Both the position numbers and the translations under genes were made by a program. From assembly GCA_037447605.1 (NCBI GenBank), contig CM074820.1, positions 992,001-1,056,000 of the forward strand: a stretch of DNA of 64,000 nucleotides, read 5' to 3'. The notes beneath the pieces are model-generated. The model saw only the letters and a list, made by a program, of their open reading frames with translations, did not search any database and was not told where the DNA came from. This DNA is from Zygnema circumcarinatum SAG 698-1b (taxonomy: Eukaryota > Plantae > Zygnematophyceae). Within the stretch, counting starts at the first letter, position 1; the number at the start of each line of letters is the position of its first letter. Positions 1 to 11,258 of the stretch are shown here, piece by piece.

Positions 1-3000
1 TTGTGTTTCTTTTTTATGTTTCAGTATTTATCTAACGCGTCATTATCCCTCACAAGCGTTGCAAGTACGACTATTTTATCATCAACTTCTGGCCTTTTCA
101 CACTTTTCTTTGGAGTCAGCTTAGGGCAAGACTCCCTGACTACGGCAAAAGTCGTAGCGGTTTTGGTGACAATTGCTGGAGTCATTATGACAGAGCTTGG
201 GAAGTCGACCGCTTCTGATGACCAACTCCTATCAGGAGACAGAATGCCTGGCGACACAGCGGGAGAGTCCGGGTAAGCGATGATTTCGATCATGTTACTT
301 GATTAGAGGAAGGGTAGAAAGGCCCAAAGCACGGGTAGAGATCATACCGCTAGCTACTTTTTGGGCTTTTTCTGGACTAAGCTTGGAAAGTTAGCATGGA
401 AAGTTACTTGTTGGCCAGTTCAAAATCAAAAGTTTTTGTTATGTAGTAACTATACATACGGCTGAAGGTCTTGTATGACCTGAATTTGCTGAACACGTCG
501 ACTGTAGTGTTCCATTCAGTTCCTGGCAGGCACAACAATGTGGAAAGTAGTCCTGTAGTTTGATCTGGTTGGTGCTTATCAAAGAGTATCCGACCAATAT
601 TAATGGCTCACCCTAGCTCTCCTCATTTCTGTTGATGACTTGAAAAGGTGGTAGTTCTTATGCTTAGGGCAGTCCATTCAACGTTAATTCGTGGTTCATT
701 AAAAGGCCGATGTTGACTGATGTAGGTTGGCGGGCCATACTCTTGTTGGAGATCTATTTGGCCTTGCATCTGCAGCCTCCTACGGCTTTTATACGAGTAG
801 GTTGATCCCTCCCGTTCCATTCACATGTCACTGTCGGGAAAAGCTCAAGTCCGATACACCATTTGGGTGTAAGTTATTTTGCGTCGACTGAGGAGTCGCA
901 TAACCCATCCTTACAGAATAAATCGTTCTATGTCAACCGCCCACTCTACTTGCTCAATAGCATTTTAGCCAAACACCACACATTTTAGCCACACTACCTA
1001 CGCATCTACACTAATCACCTACCTTCCCATTCCTCCACCATCCTTTGCCGCAACTTCCCTTTCCTCTATCGCTCTGTCTCTGTTTGAGGATTTTGTATAC
1101 ATCGTCCCAGAGTTCGGCTAAGATATGTTCCATTACCTTAGCTTGGTCGACCATTTGAAATAAATCAAGTTCATTCCACTTTGTTTCAGTCGCAAGAGTG
1201 AACTCTCCTATCAAACATGCCTCAGTGTATGAATTTAAATGCCAATAATATTTCTATTTTCCTTCGCTATGAGGTCTTAACGAAACAAACCTGACATGAG
1301 CGTTTTTATGTTTGTTTGAGTGGGTTCAGTAATGCTAAAGAAATATGCTGGCGAGGAGGAGGGCAAGGAGGCTAAAGCCGACATGCAGAAGCTTTTTGGC
1401 TGCATCGGCTTGGTCACTTTTTTCGGCTTATGGTGGTTGGGTGAGCGTTTCCTAATTCCAAGTAGACAGGCCACTGTTGCACTTTAGCAGCTCACGTGTT
1501 TTGACGTTTCAGAGCGTTTGAGGAAGTTTGTCACAACTTAGCACGAAAAAGTGAGCCACACTCTTAAGTTTCCTTAGACGAAAGTAGGGGGAGCAACTGC
1601 GTTGATGTTTCATCAAGATCATCCTCAGAACAACAAGTAGTCATTCAGCAAGGCAGTTCGAGAGCATAGTGCTGTGCCTTTCCCTTATAATGGCTTGTTT
1701 CCTTTTCTTTGGAAGACAGGTGGAATTCGTAATCATGCCGTGAAATGATAAAACTAACTCAAACTCGACATCTGGCTTTTAACTTAAGCTGTAGTATCGC
1801 TTTTGCTCACCTACATTACTGTCAATGTACTTTTGCAGGAATTCCACTGATCTTTGTCGGCTGGGAGCCCTCATTTGGGCTTCCGAGGTCAGTAGGACTC
1901 GATGAAGATATTCTGGCAAACAGCCTTATAGGAAGTGTGGTCTCTGATTATTTCTGGTAAGTCGTCCCTTATCATTGTCTGTCTCAGATGCGTGTGACAT
2001 TTCTTCCATCATGTATTATCGTCCACCCCCTAAAGAGGCTGACAATTGCTCCTTTTATACTCTCAGCTAATCTTGGGTTATAAATCTGAACACAATCATC
2101 ACAATCACCAGCCGTTGACTTGGCTTTTATTGTTAGTTGAGATTGTACATCCTGAATCAGACAAGGAGTAAAGCATCGGCTTTATAGATCTGGAATCTGA
2201 ATGGGCAGCATCGCTGGAGGTGCAGGGCATTGTCGGTAGTTTGGACTACCCCTCTGGTGGCGACTCTTGGCCTGTCCCTCACTATTCCTCTCGCCATGCT
2301 GGCGGACATGGTCATGCATGGGCGAAGCTATTCATTTGTATACATTTTGGGCTCCCTTCAGGTACGAGTTTGGGACTTCTTCGAATTCGTGAGTCTTTGT
2401 ATGTGAAGAATGTGCAATTAGAAGAAATGAATTAGTGTCTGAAGGAATGTCATAGAAGTGAAGAAACGTGGTTATAATAGTACAGACAGAAAGTGTTTCT
2501 CTTTCAATTTCCGCCTTTCTCTCGTGCCTTCGTTCCTTGTCTCGTCGCCTCCATTTCCTCTCTTTCCTTCATGCTCACCTTCCTTGACCGTTTCCCCTTC
2601 CTTTGCCCCCACACCACCCTCCCACGGTTTTTAGGTTTATTAGGGTTTTAGGGTTCCGTTTCCTCCCTCGTCCCAGCATCTCTGCCACCTTCCTTCTCTT
2701 CATGTTCATTGCACTTCGTTTCTGTTCCCTCTAGCACACTATCTCCACTCTCTTCCCTCCGCTTTTGTCATAACATGCTCAGTCTTTAAACTCTTCAGCC
2801 CTTTCAGCACTCTAGTATATCGTTGTCGCTGTTATTCTTTCCTCGAATTTCAATCCCTGTTTTGTTTGCTGACGCCACTTCATGTTTCCTCTTCTGCTCC
2901 ACTCTGTGTTCTGTCCCCTGCTCCGTACGGTGTTTTCTTTGCAGGTGTTTGGAGGCTTTCTAGTGGCCAACTTAGCTGATAGATGTACTGCACGGTCAAA

Positions 3001-3019
3001 GCCGACGGCTGAATTGTAG
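1..3019 (+). CDS. SLC35F5/THI74-like EamA (drug/metabolite) transporter, 5'-partial, multi-exon
   Basis: Exons about <1-272, 726-796, 1330-1440, 1839-1956, 2226-2361 and 2945-3019, with GT-AG sites and matching phases. They give ...TILSSTSGLFTLF...GDLFGLASAASYGFYT-IMLKKYAGEE...DMQKLFGCIG...VSDYFW-ALSVVWTTPLVATLGLSLTIPLAMLAD...FLVANLAD..*, typical of plant SLC35F5-like proteins. Confidence 0.88.
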
Positions 3020-3384
3020 TGCTCACTCACTAGCACGAAAGTTTTTTTCTCATATTGTTTGCTCCGCTATTCTTGTTAGACCCATTTGATAAAGTTTGCA
3101 GCTCTACTTGCCTTGCACGTCCTGCTGTTTGTAGAGTGTCTATTTTAGAACTGTTAGTGTCTCTGTTGGACAGCCTTCATTTGTTTTTTGGTAGTCAGCT
3201 TCTCTCTACTGCAGCACCTTGCCAGGCATGCGAGGCAGAATGAGGGGTAGTCACATTTAGGATTCAGTTTTGTCTAAGTGATTTTAAATTCGTGTTTGCT
3301 CCTTCTTGGGCCCTTCTTGGACAACTTTCCCAATCACTATGCTCAACAGTCATAGACTTTAGAAGCATTCAACTTGCGAGAGAA

Positions 3385-3465
3385 TGATCTGGCATTGAAC
3401 TGACGATGGCGAGGCCATCAAATGGTCATGGACGACGACAAAATGTAGTAGTACCAGGGAATCCG
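3385..3465 (-). repeat. Short 3'-terminal fragment of the CRE-type retroelement
   Basis: Reverse complement reads ...ccatgaccatttgatggcctcgccatcgtcagttcaatgcc, matching the element 3' end at 5010-5060. Confidence 0.7.
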
Positions 3466-4010
3466 ACCCGCAAGTGATGGAGGAGGTCAAGAAAAGTGGA
3501 ACTCTGCATTCAAATTGTGTTACCATAATTACATACTCGTACGTTCATAGTTAGATACAGACCAATTCGCTTCGTTGTTGGAATGTGCGTCCAAGCAGAC
3601 GATACATCTCCTTGATTTGCTGCAAAGAGGATGCTACATACCTGGCTGCAATCACAATCCTCGCTACGCTCTATCCAGTAGTGCCCATTTAAAGAGCAGG
3701 TAGAAGTCGACGAAGTGGGCAAAACATAAAAAAATGCTTGACAATGCTCTACATTATGCCTCTGTGTTTTGAGACACAAAAATTGGAGCCCCTGCAAGTG
3801 AATTTTGAGAGGGGATACTTCCGCTAAAAAGAGCAGGAGCTGACGTTCCCAATTCAATCACACTCCGCGTCTTCCTAGACAGGCGGAAGTATGGGAGCAT
3901 ACTCGGACTAGGAGGGACGTTGACCCCCAACCATTCTACGAAGGATTCTTCTCGGGCTCATCATCCAGTCCAAACACACAGCAAACCTATGAGGCGTCAT
4001 CCGTTTGCTC

Positions 4011-4175
4011 TCAGTCGGTCTCCCCCTTCAACACTGCCTGTGATCGCCCCCTCTTGAAAAGGTCGCCTCCAGGAACCTTGAGACCGAGATAAACTCCGCC
4101 TGCGAGAGAGAGCGCAGCACCAGCTGCCAGGGCGCCGCGGTAGCCTGCTCTCAGGGCAGCCATGGACACCACCAT
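4011..4175 (-). CDS. Candidate orphan small protein (54 aa) with one hydrophobic Ala/Gly-rich segment
   Basis: MVVSMAALRAGYRGALAAGAALSLAGGVYLGLKVPGGDLFKRGRSQAVLKGETD*. It lies directly downstream of an MSA/G-box array and has splice-like sites further downstream. No recognised family. Confidence 0.3.
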   Translation of the reverse strand: MVVSMAALRAGYRGALAAGAALSLAGGVYLGLKVPGGDLFKRGRSQAVLKGETD

Positions 4176-4308
4176 CGCTGCCTGCGAAAACAAGGCAGAG
4201 AACTGGAATCTGGCAGAGACCTAAAAATGGAGCGCTTGCAAGCAGTTCCGCACTGAAGGATGTTCGAAGCTGACCGTCAGATACGCACGAGCGCCCTCTT
4301 GAGTGAAG

Positions 4309-4624
4309 AACCGTTGGATCAAACACGTGACATAGGCATAACCGTCCGACCGTAGGACGTGACACGTGGCATAGGCATAGCCGTCTGACCGTTGGATGTG
4401 ACACGTGTCATAAACATAGCCTATTGGCCGTTAGATCTGACACGTGGTATCCGCATAGCCATCTGACTTGGATCTGACACGTGTAATCCAGCGAAAGTAT
4501 TGACCGTTGGATGGAAACGTACAAAAAGGAGGTCCGATGACCGTTGGATTTGTCACGTGTACACCTTCGTGATTTCGACCGTTGGATTGGCATGTGCGAA
4601 AAGCGGGGTGTGCGACCGTTGGAT
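4309..4624. repeat. Tandem array of nine 37-39 bp units with an MSA-like core (GACCGTTGGAT) and a G-box (CACGTG)
   Basis: Cores start at 4311, 4350, 4389, 4428, about 4467, 4504, 4541, 4579 and 4616. The reverse complement TCCAACGGTC fits the MSA consensus YCYAACGGYY. ACACGTG or TCACGTG follows the core in most units. Confidence 0.85.
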
Positions 4625-5077
4625 ATCGTAATGAGTTTGTTCCATTGGCGGTTGAAATTTTTGGCTGCTTTGATGCTCGGTTGGAAGTCTTCCTTCGCCA
4701 GTGCGCCCATCGCTCCTTCGAGATGCACGGCCCCGGAAGCCCTCCCCCAGCGATCCTTACAACTTTTTATCGACAACGCATTTCCGTCGCCTTACAGCGG
4801 TGTCTTGCTTCCACGATCCTTCGACGTGCCGCAGTTGTTGGGACCCGTCCCGGTGGTCTTCCGGCCCTTCCCGCGCGTACTGCGCCCCACATTGGCGACC
4901 TTTGCGGCTGCTTCTAGTGCCGTGTTGTTGCGCCTAGAAGTTGAGTTCCGTTTCAAGGCTTTCTCTTGGTCCTTATGTCCGTTGTGACCGCTTCTTTTGG
5001 TTCCTTATGTCGATTTTCTCCATGTACATTTGATGGCCTTGCCATCGTGAGTTCAATCAAACATCATTTTCCTTGCC
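4624..5077 (+). mobile_element. Inverted 3'-terminal segment of the CRE-type non-LTR retrotransposon (RLE C-terminus plus 3' UTR)
   Basis: Encodes YRNEFVPLAVEIFG...FYRQRISVALQRCLASTIL...CF* (stop at 4917), the usual CRE C-terminal block, followed by about 160 bp of 3' UTR. Orientation is opposite to the rest of the element. Confidence 0.85.
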
Positions 5078-7985
5078 TAATCGCGGTGAGCATACGTGCG
5101 CTCCTTACGAAGGGCCGCTTCGCTGGCAGCGACGCCCTCGTGGTGTGCGGCACGGGATAACAAAGCACGGCGAGTCGGATCAGCCAATACGACGTCCCCA
5201 AAAATACGTCGCGCGCCGTCCAAAAGAGCAAGGTCGAGCCGCACATTGCGCTCGCCCGTTGAAGTCAGCCGAGGTGGTATAACATGGGTCGGCTCGCGCT
5301 GCACAAGGTAACCCGCCTCCTGAGCCACGGCGGCAATAGCATCACGGACAACATTGTGGGCCAAAATGCGCTCGCCACCGNNNNNNNNNNAACAGACTGG
5401 AGCAACGGACGATCATCCACAAGGAAACGTGAAGCTAGAACCGGAGCAACAAGCGCCCAACTACCCAAAAAGGCAGGGGATGCAATACGTGTAGTTGGGA
5501 CAAGCCCCAAACCGCCTGCAGAAATAGGAAGCGAGGCTTGCAAACGAGCAAGCGGGCCTTCCGGCCGGTCAAAAATACCCGCACCCAAGAGGCGATGACA
5601 CACAGAAAATAAACGCTCATCAAAAGATCGCAAAGAAGCAAGAAAAGCATCGGTAGGAGGGAGGGTCCGTAAGAGGTAAGAGGGACGTAAGGCAAATTAA
5701 CGAGTAAGTAAGGAAAAAACCACCTGAGGATCAGAAAGATGAGGCAACTCATCAACCTGAGACACATCCTCAACCAAAGCATCCTCCACAAAACGATCAA
5801 CATATGATGCAGCTCCAAAAGGGCAACCAAGGACGCGGATACCAAGCGCGTCTGAGCAAGTCTGTATACCCGACGGTAGCGAAAGGGAAGAGGGGAGACC
5901 AACTGGAGACCAAGCAAAACATTTGGACAAATTAACAGTAAGCTGCAAAGCTGCCAGCCGAGTACGAAAATCAGTAAAAGCAGCAACAACCTGGTCGGCG
6001 GGGCCAAGAATGTGAGTATCGTCAGCAACAGAAGGGAAAAGGCACCCTGGAAAGGCCTGTGCAGACGCTCGAAGCGCACGAAGGTGTGCCAAAGCAAACA
6101 AAGGACCCCCCAAAGGGTCGCCCTGGCGCGTCCCTGTCGCAGACTCAAGATTGCCAAGAAAACTGCTAGTACCGCCAAAAGGGAAAAGGAGAGGGCTCGA
6201 ACGAGAATAAAAGGCACGAACAAAGGGAAAAATAGAGGCGATAGGGCAGGAGCCTCACAAGAACTCCCTAAAAATCTCCTCCCCACGCCAAGCACATCAT
6301 GGAAGGCGCTCGCCACATCAACCTCGCAAAACCACCCAATCCGGGATAAGGTCGTGGGTTGGCCGCCTGAATTTCCGCTTCTCATGAATCCACCGCCGCG
6401 AACCCCTTCAGTGGGTGGCTTACACCAACCGATAAGGGGAAAATGATCCCCGAAGCCCCCAACCCAAGTGGCAGAAACACATAGCACGGGCAACCACACG
6501 ATACAAGACCTCCCCCACAGCGATGGGGCGAACGCCGCCGGCAGGCTTGGCAAGAGCCACTAAGCGAGCAGAAGTAAGGAGATGACTAATAGACACAGGG
6601 ACACGACCCTGAGCAATGATGGAAACAAGCTGAAAAAACAAATCAAAGCCACCCTCGCCCAGATCGGGAGAGAACACATCACGAAATAACTCATAAACCA
6701 TGCCCGATGGCCCCCCAGCAGACAAATGGGGGGACCGGGTGACCGCCCGCGCAAAGGCAACACGATCAAGCACAAAAACGTCGACTGGCTCAAAAGTATC
6801 AATAAACGACGGGAGGGCCGCCGGGGCAGGTGGGTGAAGAGTGCGCAAGCAATCCAAGGTATCAAGAGTCGCAGGGGCAGGTGTAAAAGGCCGCAGAGCC
6901 CGAGCGGCACGAGAGAGCTCCCCGCAGCGACCTAGCTGCACAGCNNNNNNNNNNAGGGACAGGGATAGCAGAAGAGGGAGGAGAAGGCGGAGCTGTAGAA
7001 GGGCCAGGACGAGCCGGACAAGCACGCTCATGCAATGCCATCCCAGCACCCTGAGCAAAACAAGTCCCACAATAAACACAAGGAATCCTGGGGAGAGGCC
7101 GTCGAGGGCGAGCAACAATACGGGCAGGGCCGGGAGCAATAGTAGGAGGAGCAGGGACAACAGACGAAAAGGCAAGAGGTGAGGCGGAAGGAGCGGCAGA
7201 AGGGGAGAGAGCAAGGGGGGGGGGAAGGACAGGAGGAGCAACAATGGTCGAAGGAGCAAGGGGGGGCGAAAGAGAAGGGGAAAGAGAGGGGGAAGGAGAG
7301 GAGGGTCGAGGAGGGGGTCTCATCATGGTGAAAGAGGCCGAGGCCACCGAAGGCGCCGATGAAGACTAGCGCCACAATGGGAGGCCACGACCGCGACCGA
7401 TGGAGCCCAAAAGAGGGCAGGAGCCCCGGGCAGGCGCGCACCTACAAACAAACGAAAAGAGCAAAAGGAGCAAAGAGAAAGAAGAGAGAAAAAGCCCTAA
7501 AACGAAAAACAAACGCCAAAGATAAAAATAAAAACAGACAAAAGCAAGAGCAGCAAACGCAAGGCAGTGGGACACGCCGCATCAAGAACAAGGGGATAAA
7601 TGAGGGGTTGCCACGTGGCAGCGGGGCAGGCAACGACAGTGGCTGGAAGGCCGCAAAGGGTGGAAAGGGTAGAAAACGGAAGCACAAGGACTAAAAGACA
7701 AAAAGAGGGGTCAAAAAGGATCAGCGCAACTCAGCAATGCAAGCTACGGCAGAAAATGTCTGAAAACAAAGGGAAAAACGTTAAAAAGGGAAAACCGCAG
7801 CAAATCAGAAGCAAAACAACAAAATAACAAAAAACAAAAAACAAAATGACACACAAACAGCAACGACAAAGCAATGCAGCAGGACACGCGACAGGAAAAC
7901 AAAACGACAACGAGGGGTTGCCACGTGGCCGCAGCAGAGGCGACGGCAGCAGGCGCAACGGTCGGAAGCGCCGTTCGCGGGGAGA
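5078..7985 (-). mobile_element. Degenerate CRE-clade (RLE-encoding) non-LTR retrotransposon: 5' UTR, zinc finger, reverse transcriptase, restriction-like endonuclease
   Basis: C2H2-like CVYCGTCFAQGAGMALHERAC near 7030-7080. RT motifs LVALAKPAGGVRPIAVGEVLYRVVAR, EVDVASAFH, GTRQGDPLGGPLFAL and VADDTHILG. RLE motifs HNVVRD...RLDLAL...GDVVLADP...RKERTY. Contains frameshifts and gaps at 5381-5390 and 6945-6954. Degenerate direct repeats of about 310 bp period lie in the 5' UTR (7500-7950). Confidence 0.88.
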
Positions 7986-8013
7986 GGGGGGGGGGGGGGG
8001 GGGNNNNNNNNNN

Positions 8014-8048
<35 letters not shown>

Positions 8049-8241
8049 TAGGGATCGCAAATGTACATGGATAAAATCGACATAGGGAACCAGAGGAAGC
8101 GGTCACAAAGGACATAAGGACAACGAGAAAGCCTTGAAACGGAAATCTACTTCTATGCTCAACAACACGGCCCTAGAAGCAGCCGCCAAGGTCGCCGATG
8201 TACGGCGCAACACGCGCAGGAAGGGGCGGGAGACCACCGGG

Positions 8242-9348
8242 TAGGGTTGGGGGCACGGTCCCCCTCCGACCCGTGCCCAGGGGCACGTGCCCCCCCCCCC
8301 CTTGGGGGGGGGGCATGCCCCTTTTTCGTGCCCCGTGACGTGACAGCATTGAGCAATGCAAATCGGCCCAAAAAAGAATATAATATTTTAAAAACGGTAC
8401 GAATGAAGGTACGGAAAGTACAGATGAATGTACTAAATGTACGGATAAAGGTACAGTAGGGGGTCCTCATATTTTCCACCCTGGTTCCGGGCAAAATGAG
8501 GCGAAATATTAAATTTGCATATATAAGGTTCGTGTTACGAATAGACGGGCGGTATTATGTTAGAGTTCATGTTGGACCGTACGTATCGTACCGTACCATA
8601 TCGTACCGTATCGTACTGTATCATTTAGCATCGTATCGTATCGTGACATATCGTGACGCATAGACGTCGTTTTCCGCTTTCTGTTGTTCGTCTCAGCTCG
8701 TACAGCTCGTACGGACAATACCATATCGGGGCGTTTCGTATCGTATCGCCTAATATCGTAAAGTATCGTACCGATCNNNNNNNNNNGATCGGTACGATAC
8801 TTTACGATATTAGGCGATACGATACGAAACGCCCCGATATGGTATTGTCCGTACGAGCTGTACGAGCTGAGACGAACAACAGAGCGGAAAACGACGTCTA
8901 TGCGTCACGATATGTCACGATACGATACGATGCTAAATGATACAGTACGATACGGTACGATATGGTACGGTACGATACGTACGGTCCAACATGAACTCTA
9001 ACATAATACCGCCCGTCTATTCGTAACACGAACCTTATATATGCAAATTTAATATTTCGCCTCATTTTGCCCGGAACCAGGGTGGAAAATATGAGGACCC
9101 CCTACTGTACGAGGACCCCCCACTGTATAAATGTACGGAAAATATGAAAAGTACGGACAGTACTCAACACAACAATCGTCACCGGCCCGGGCCCGGTCGC
9201 ACGAGGTAAGCGTCACGTGACAGGGGGCACGGGGGGGCACGAAATATATGGGGAAAATTTTTGGAGGCGTGCCCCGGGCACGGACGGTCAAAAATGGGGG
9301 GCATGCCCCCCCCCCGGGCATGCCCGTGCCCCCGTGCCCCCAACCCTA
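8242..9348. mobile_element. Non-autonomous hAT-type DNA transposon (MITE)
   Basis: TIR TAGGGTTGGGGGCACGG ... CCGTGCCCCCAACCCTA. Perfect 8-bp TSD CCACCGGG at 8234-8241 and 9349-9356. Subterminal GGGCACG and GTACGG repeats. Confidence 0.9.
8454..9107. mobile_element. Tc1/mariner-type foldback MITE nested in the hAT element (centre hidden by an N gap)
   Basis: TA|CAGTAGGGGGTCCTCAT ... ATGAGGACCCCCTACTG|TA. Arms of about 320 bp are near-perfect inverted repeats with one 2-nt indel and CGTAT/CGTAC pentamer arrays. Gap at 8777-8786. An extra terminal copy GAGGACCCCCCACTG|TA lies at 9111-9127. Confidence 0.75.
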
Positions 9349-9484
9349 CCACCGGGACGGGCGGGCGGGCGGGCGGGCACCGACCACCGCTGCGCGCACA
9401 AGGATGGTGGAAGCAAGGCAGCGCTGCAAAGCGACAGAAATGCGCTGTCGATGAAAAGTTGCGAGGACCGCTGGACCGCTTTTT

Positions 9485-9663
9485 GACCTTGACCATCGCC
9501 AGATCAATTTCGTAAGCCTGTCGGGCGAATTAAGCATTTGCCAGGTACGCATTTCGGTACGGTTTGTACGCCGGAGGGCCCGGAATTCGTACACGAAAGA
9601 AGTGACTTTTAGTATAAGGAATTCGGGAATTTCGTAAGCGATGGTCAAGGTCTGACTCCCCCT
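9485..9663 (+). mobile_element. MITE family A (AAT target), left end truncated
   Basis: Near-identical to the full copy at 31500-31701. Right TIR CGATGGTCAAGGTCTGACTCCCCCT is followed by AAT. Confidence 0.85.
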
Positions 9664-9666
9664 AAT

Positions 9667-9801
9667 AGGGGGTGTCAGACTTAAAAATTGTTCGTAAGTT
9701 TGAGACCAGAACAAGTACTTCGGTGACATCGCAATCCTGGTGCGGCGGAGTACTTACAAAACTTTTTTGTTCGTAAGATTTCGTTAAGTCTGACACCCCC
9801 T
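9667..9801 (+). mobile_element. MITE family B (135 bp, AAT target duplication)
   Basis: AAT|AGGGGGTGTCAGACTTAA ... TTAAGTCTGACACCCCCT|AAT. A second copy lies in reverse orientation at 35808-35941. Confidence 0.88.
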
Positions 9802-10213
9802 AATGGCAGTTGTTTTCGTAACATTTTTTAACGACAAATATGTGTTCCATGTCTCTATTTTACGGTTGTTGAACTACAACTGAGAAAAATTGTGTACAAA
9901 TTCGGGACATTTAAAGACATAGATTTGCTATCTCTAACGGTTGCGTTGAACGGAACAGGAACTGGATTTGAACGGAGCAGCACTGCCACGGCTCTGCTTG
10001 ACATGGAACCTGAGCGCCCTTCAGCTCTCCTCAACTCTCTCTGGAGAGAGGAAGTGCGCTCTGCCTCCCTCTAGCAGCAGGCAGGCAGTCAATCATTTGC
10101 AGGTTCTTATGCGTTTCTTTTAGTGCGCCTGCATCGCATGCCGGTCGATATTTGACCTCAGGAGGCTCCATTCTTGAGTCTCTGAGGGTTGTCAGGGTTA
10201 TCACCAGCGCAAA

Positions 10214-11258
10214 ATGTCTCGCAGATACGATAATCGTACAACAACCTTCTCGCCAGATGGCCGCCTCTTCCAAGTGGAGTATGCCATGGAGGCTATCAGT
10301 CACGCAGGCGCTGCAGTTGGAATTCTTGCAGTAGATGGCGTTGTGCTCGCAGCTGAGAAGAGGATCACCTCCAAGCTTTTGGAAACGTCGAAATCCACCG
10401 AGAAGATGTACAAGATTGACGACCACGTGGCTGCCGCAGTTGCAGGAATCACTGCAGATGCGAACATTCTGATCAACACGGCGCGATTAGCTGCACAGCG
10501 CTACTTGTTTGCATATCAGGTCAGGAGGGTCCTTAGGGTTTCCGACTGACGTAGTTAATTCTGCTTTTGCACCGCATTTTTTTTTTTGCTGCTGCTGCAC
10601 GCTCCGTGGCATGTGATATGCCTTTTCCTTAATTTTCTTCTTGCCCAAAATCAAGGAGGAGCATGGGTTCACAGTTTTGTTTTGGTTTTAGTTTTCGATC
10701 AACCTTCAGATTTGGTCGAATTTTCTTCTTCGCAAGATAGACAGTGCTGGCAACTTTGTTGTCACACCCTGCTCAGCGTATTGACAAGTCCTTCCCCTTG
10801 CGCTTGTGCAGGAGGCCATGCCCGTGGAGCAGCTCGTGCAAGCCCTGTGTGACACTAAGCAGGGCTACACGCAATTCGGTGGTCTGCGCCCTTTTGGTGT
10901 CTCTTTTCTTTTTGCAGGATGGGATAAGAACTTTAAATTCCAGCTTTATCAGAGTGATCCGAGTGGAAACTATGGCGGTTGGAAGGCCACCGCGATTGGA
11001 GCAAATAACCAAGCAGCGCAGTCTATTCTAAAGCAGGACTATAAGGATGACTTGGACTTGGAAGGAGCAGTGGGTTTGGCCCTGAAGGTGCTGAGCAAGA
11101 CCATGGACAGCACGGTGCTTTCGTCAGAAAAGATTGAGCTTGCACAGGTCAGCTTGGATTCGAACAAGCAGCCCATTTATAGGGTGTTTGCGGCGAAGGA
11201 ACTAGATGAGCTTTTGAAGAAGCACAATATTTCTCAACCAAAGGAAGAAGAGAGATAG
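10214..11258 (+). CDS. PAC1: 20S proteasome subunit alpha-3 (PSMA4/PAC1), 2 exons (10214-10519, 10812-11258)
   Basis: [32 protein letters not shown]...YLFAYQ|[38 protein letters not shown]...[13 protein letters not shown]; canonical GT-AG intron. Confidence 0.97.

Larger units (their letters stand above)
8047..9480 (-). mobile_element. Second, 5'-truncated CRE copy (3' end only), interrupted by a hAT MITE
   Basis: 8047-8241 is the reverse complement of about 4850-5030. 9349-9480 encodes TFHRQRISVALQRCLASTILVRAAVVG. The two halves join seamlessly across the TSD CCACCGGG. Confidence 0.85.

Noticed and set aside
4309-4624. CRISPR array
   Set aside because: The conserved core is only about 11 nt, spacers are related to each other, there are no cas genes, and the context is eukaryotic.
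4850-8241. DIRS-like or DNA element with about 200-bp inverted terminal repeats (4850-5030 vs 8050-8241)
   Set aside because: The apparent ITR arises from the inverted tail of copy 1 and the tail of copy 2, which continues past the hAT insertion; no tyrosine recombinase or RNase H is seen.
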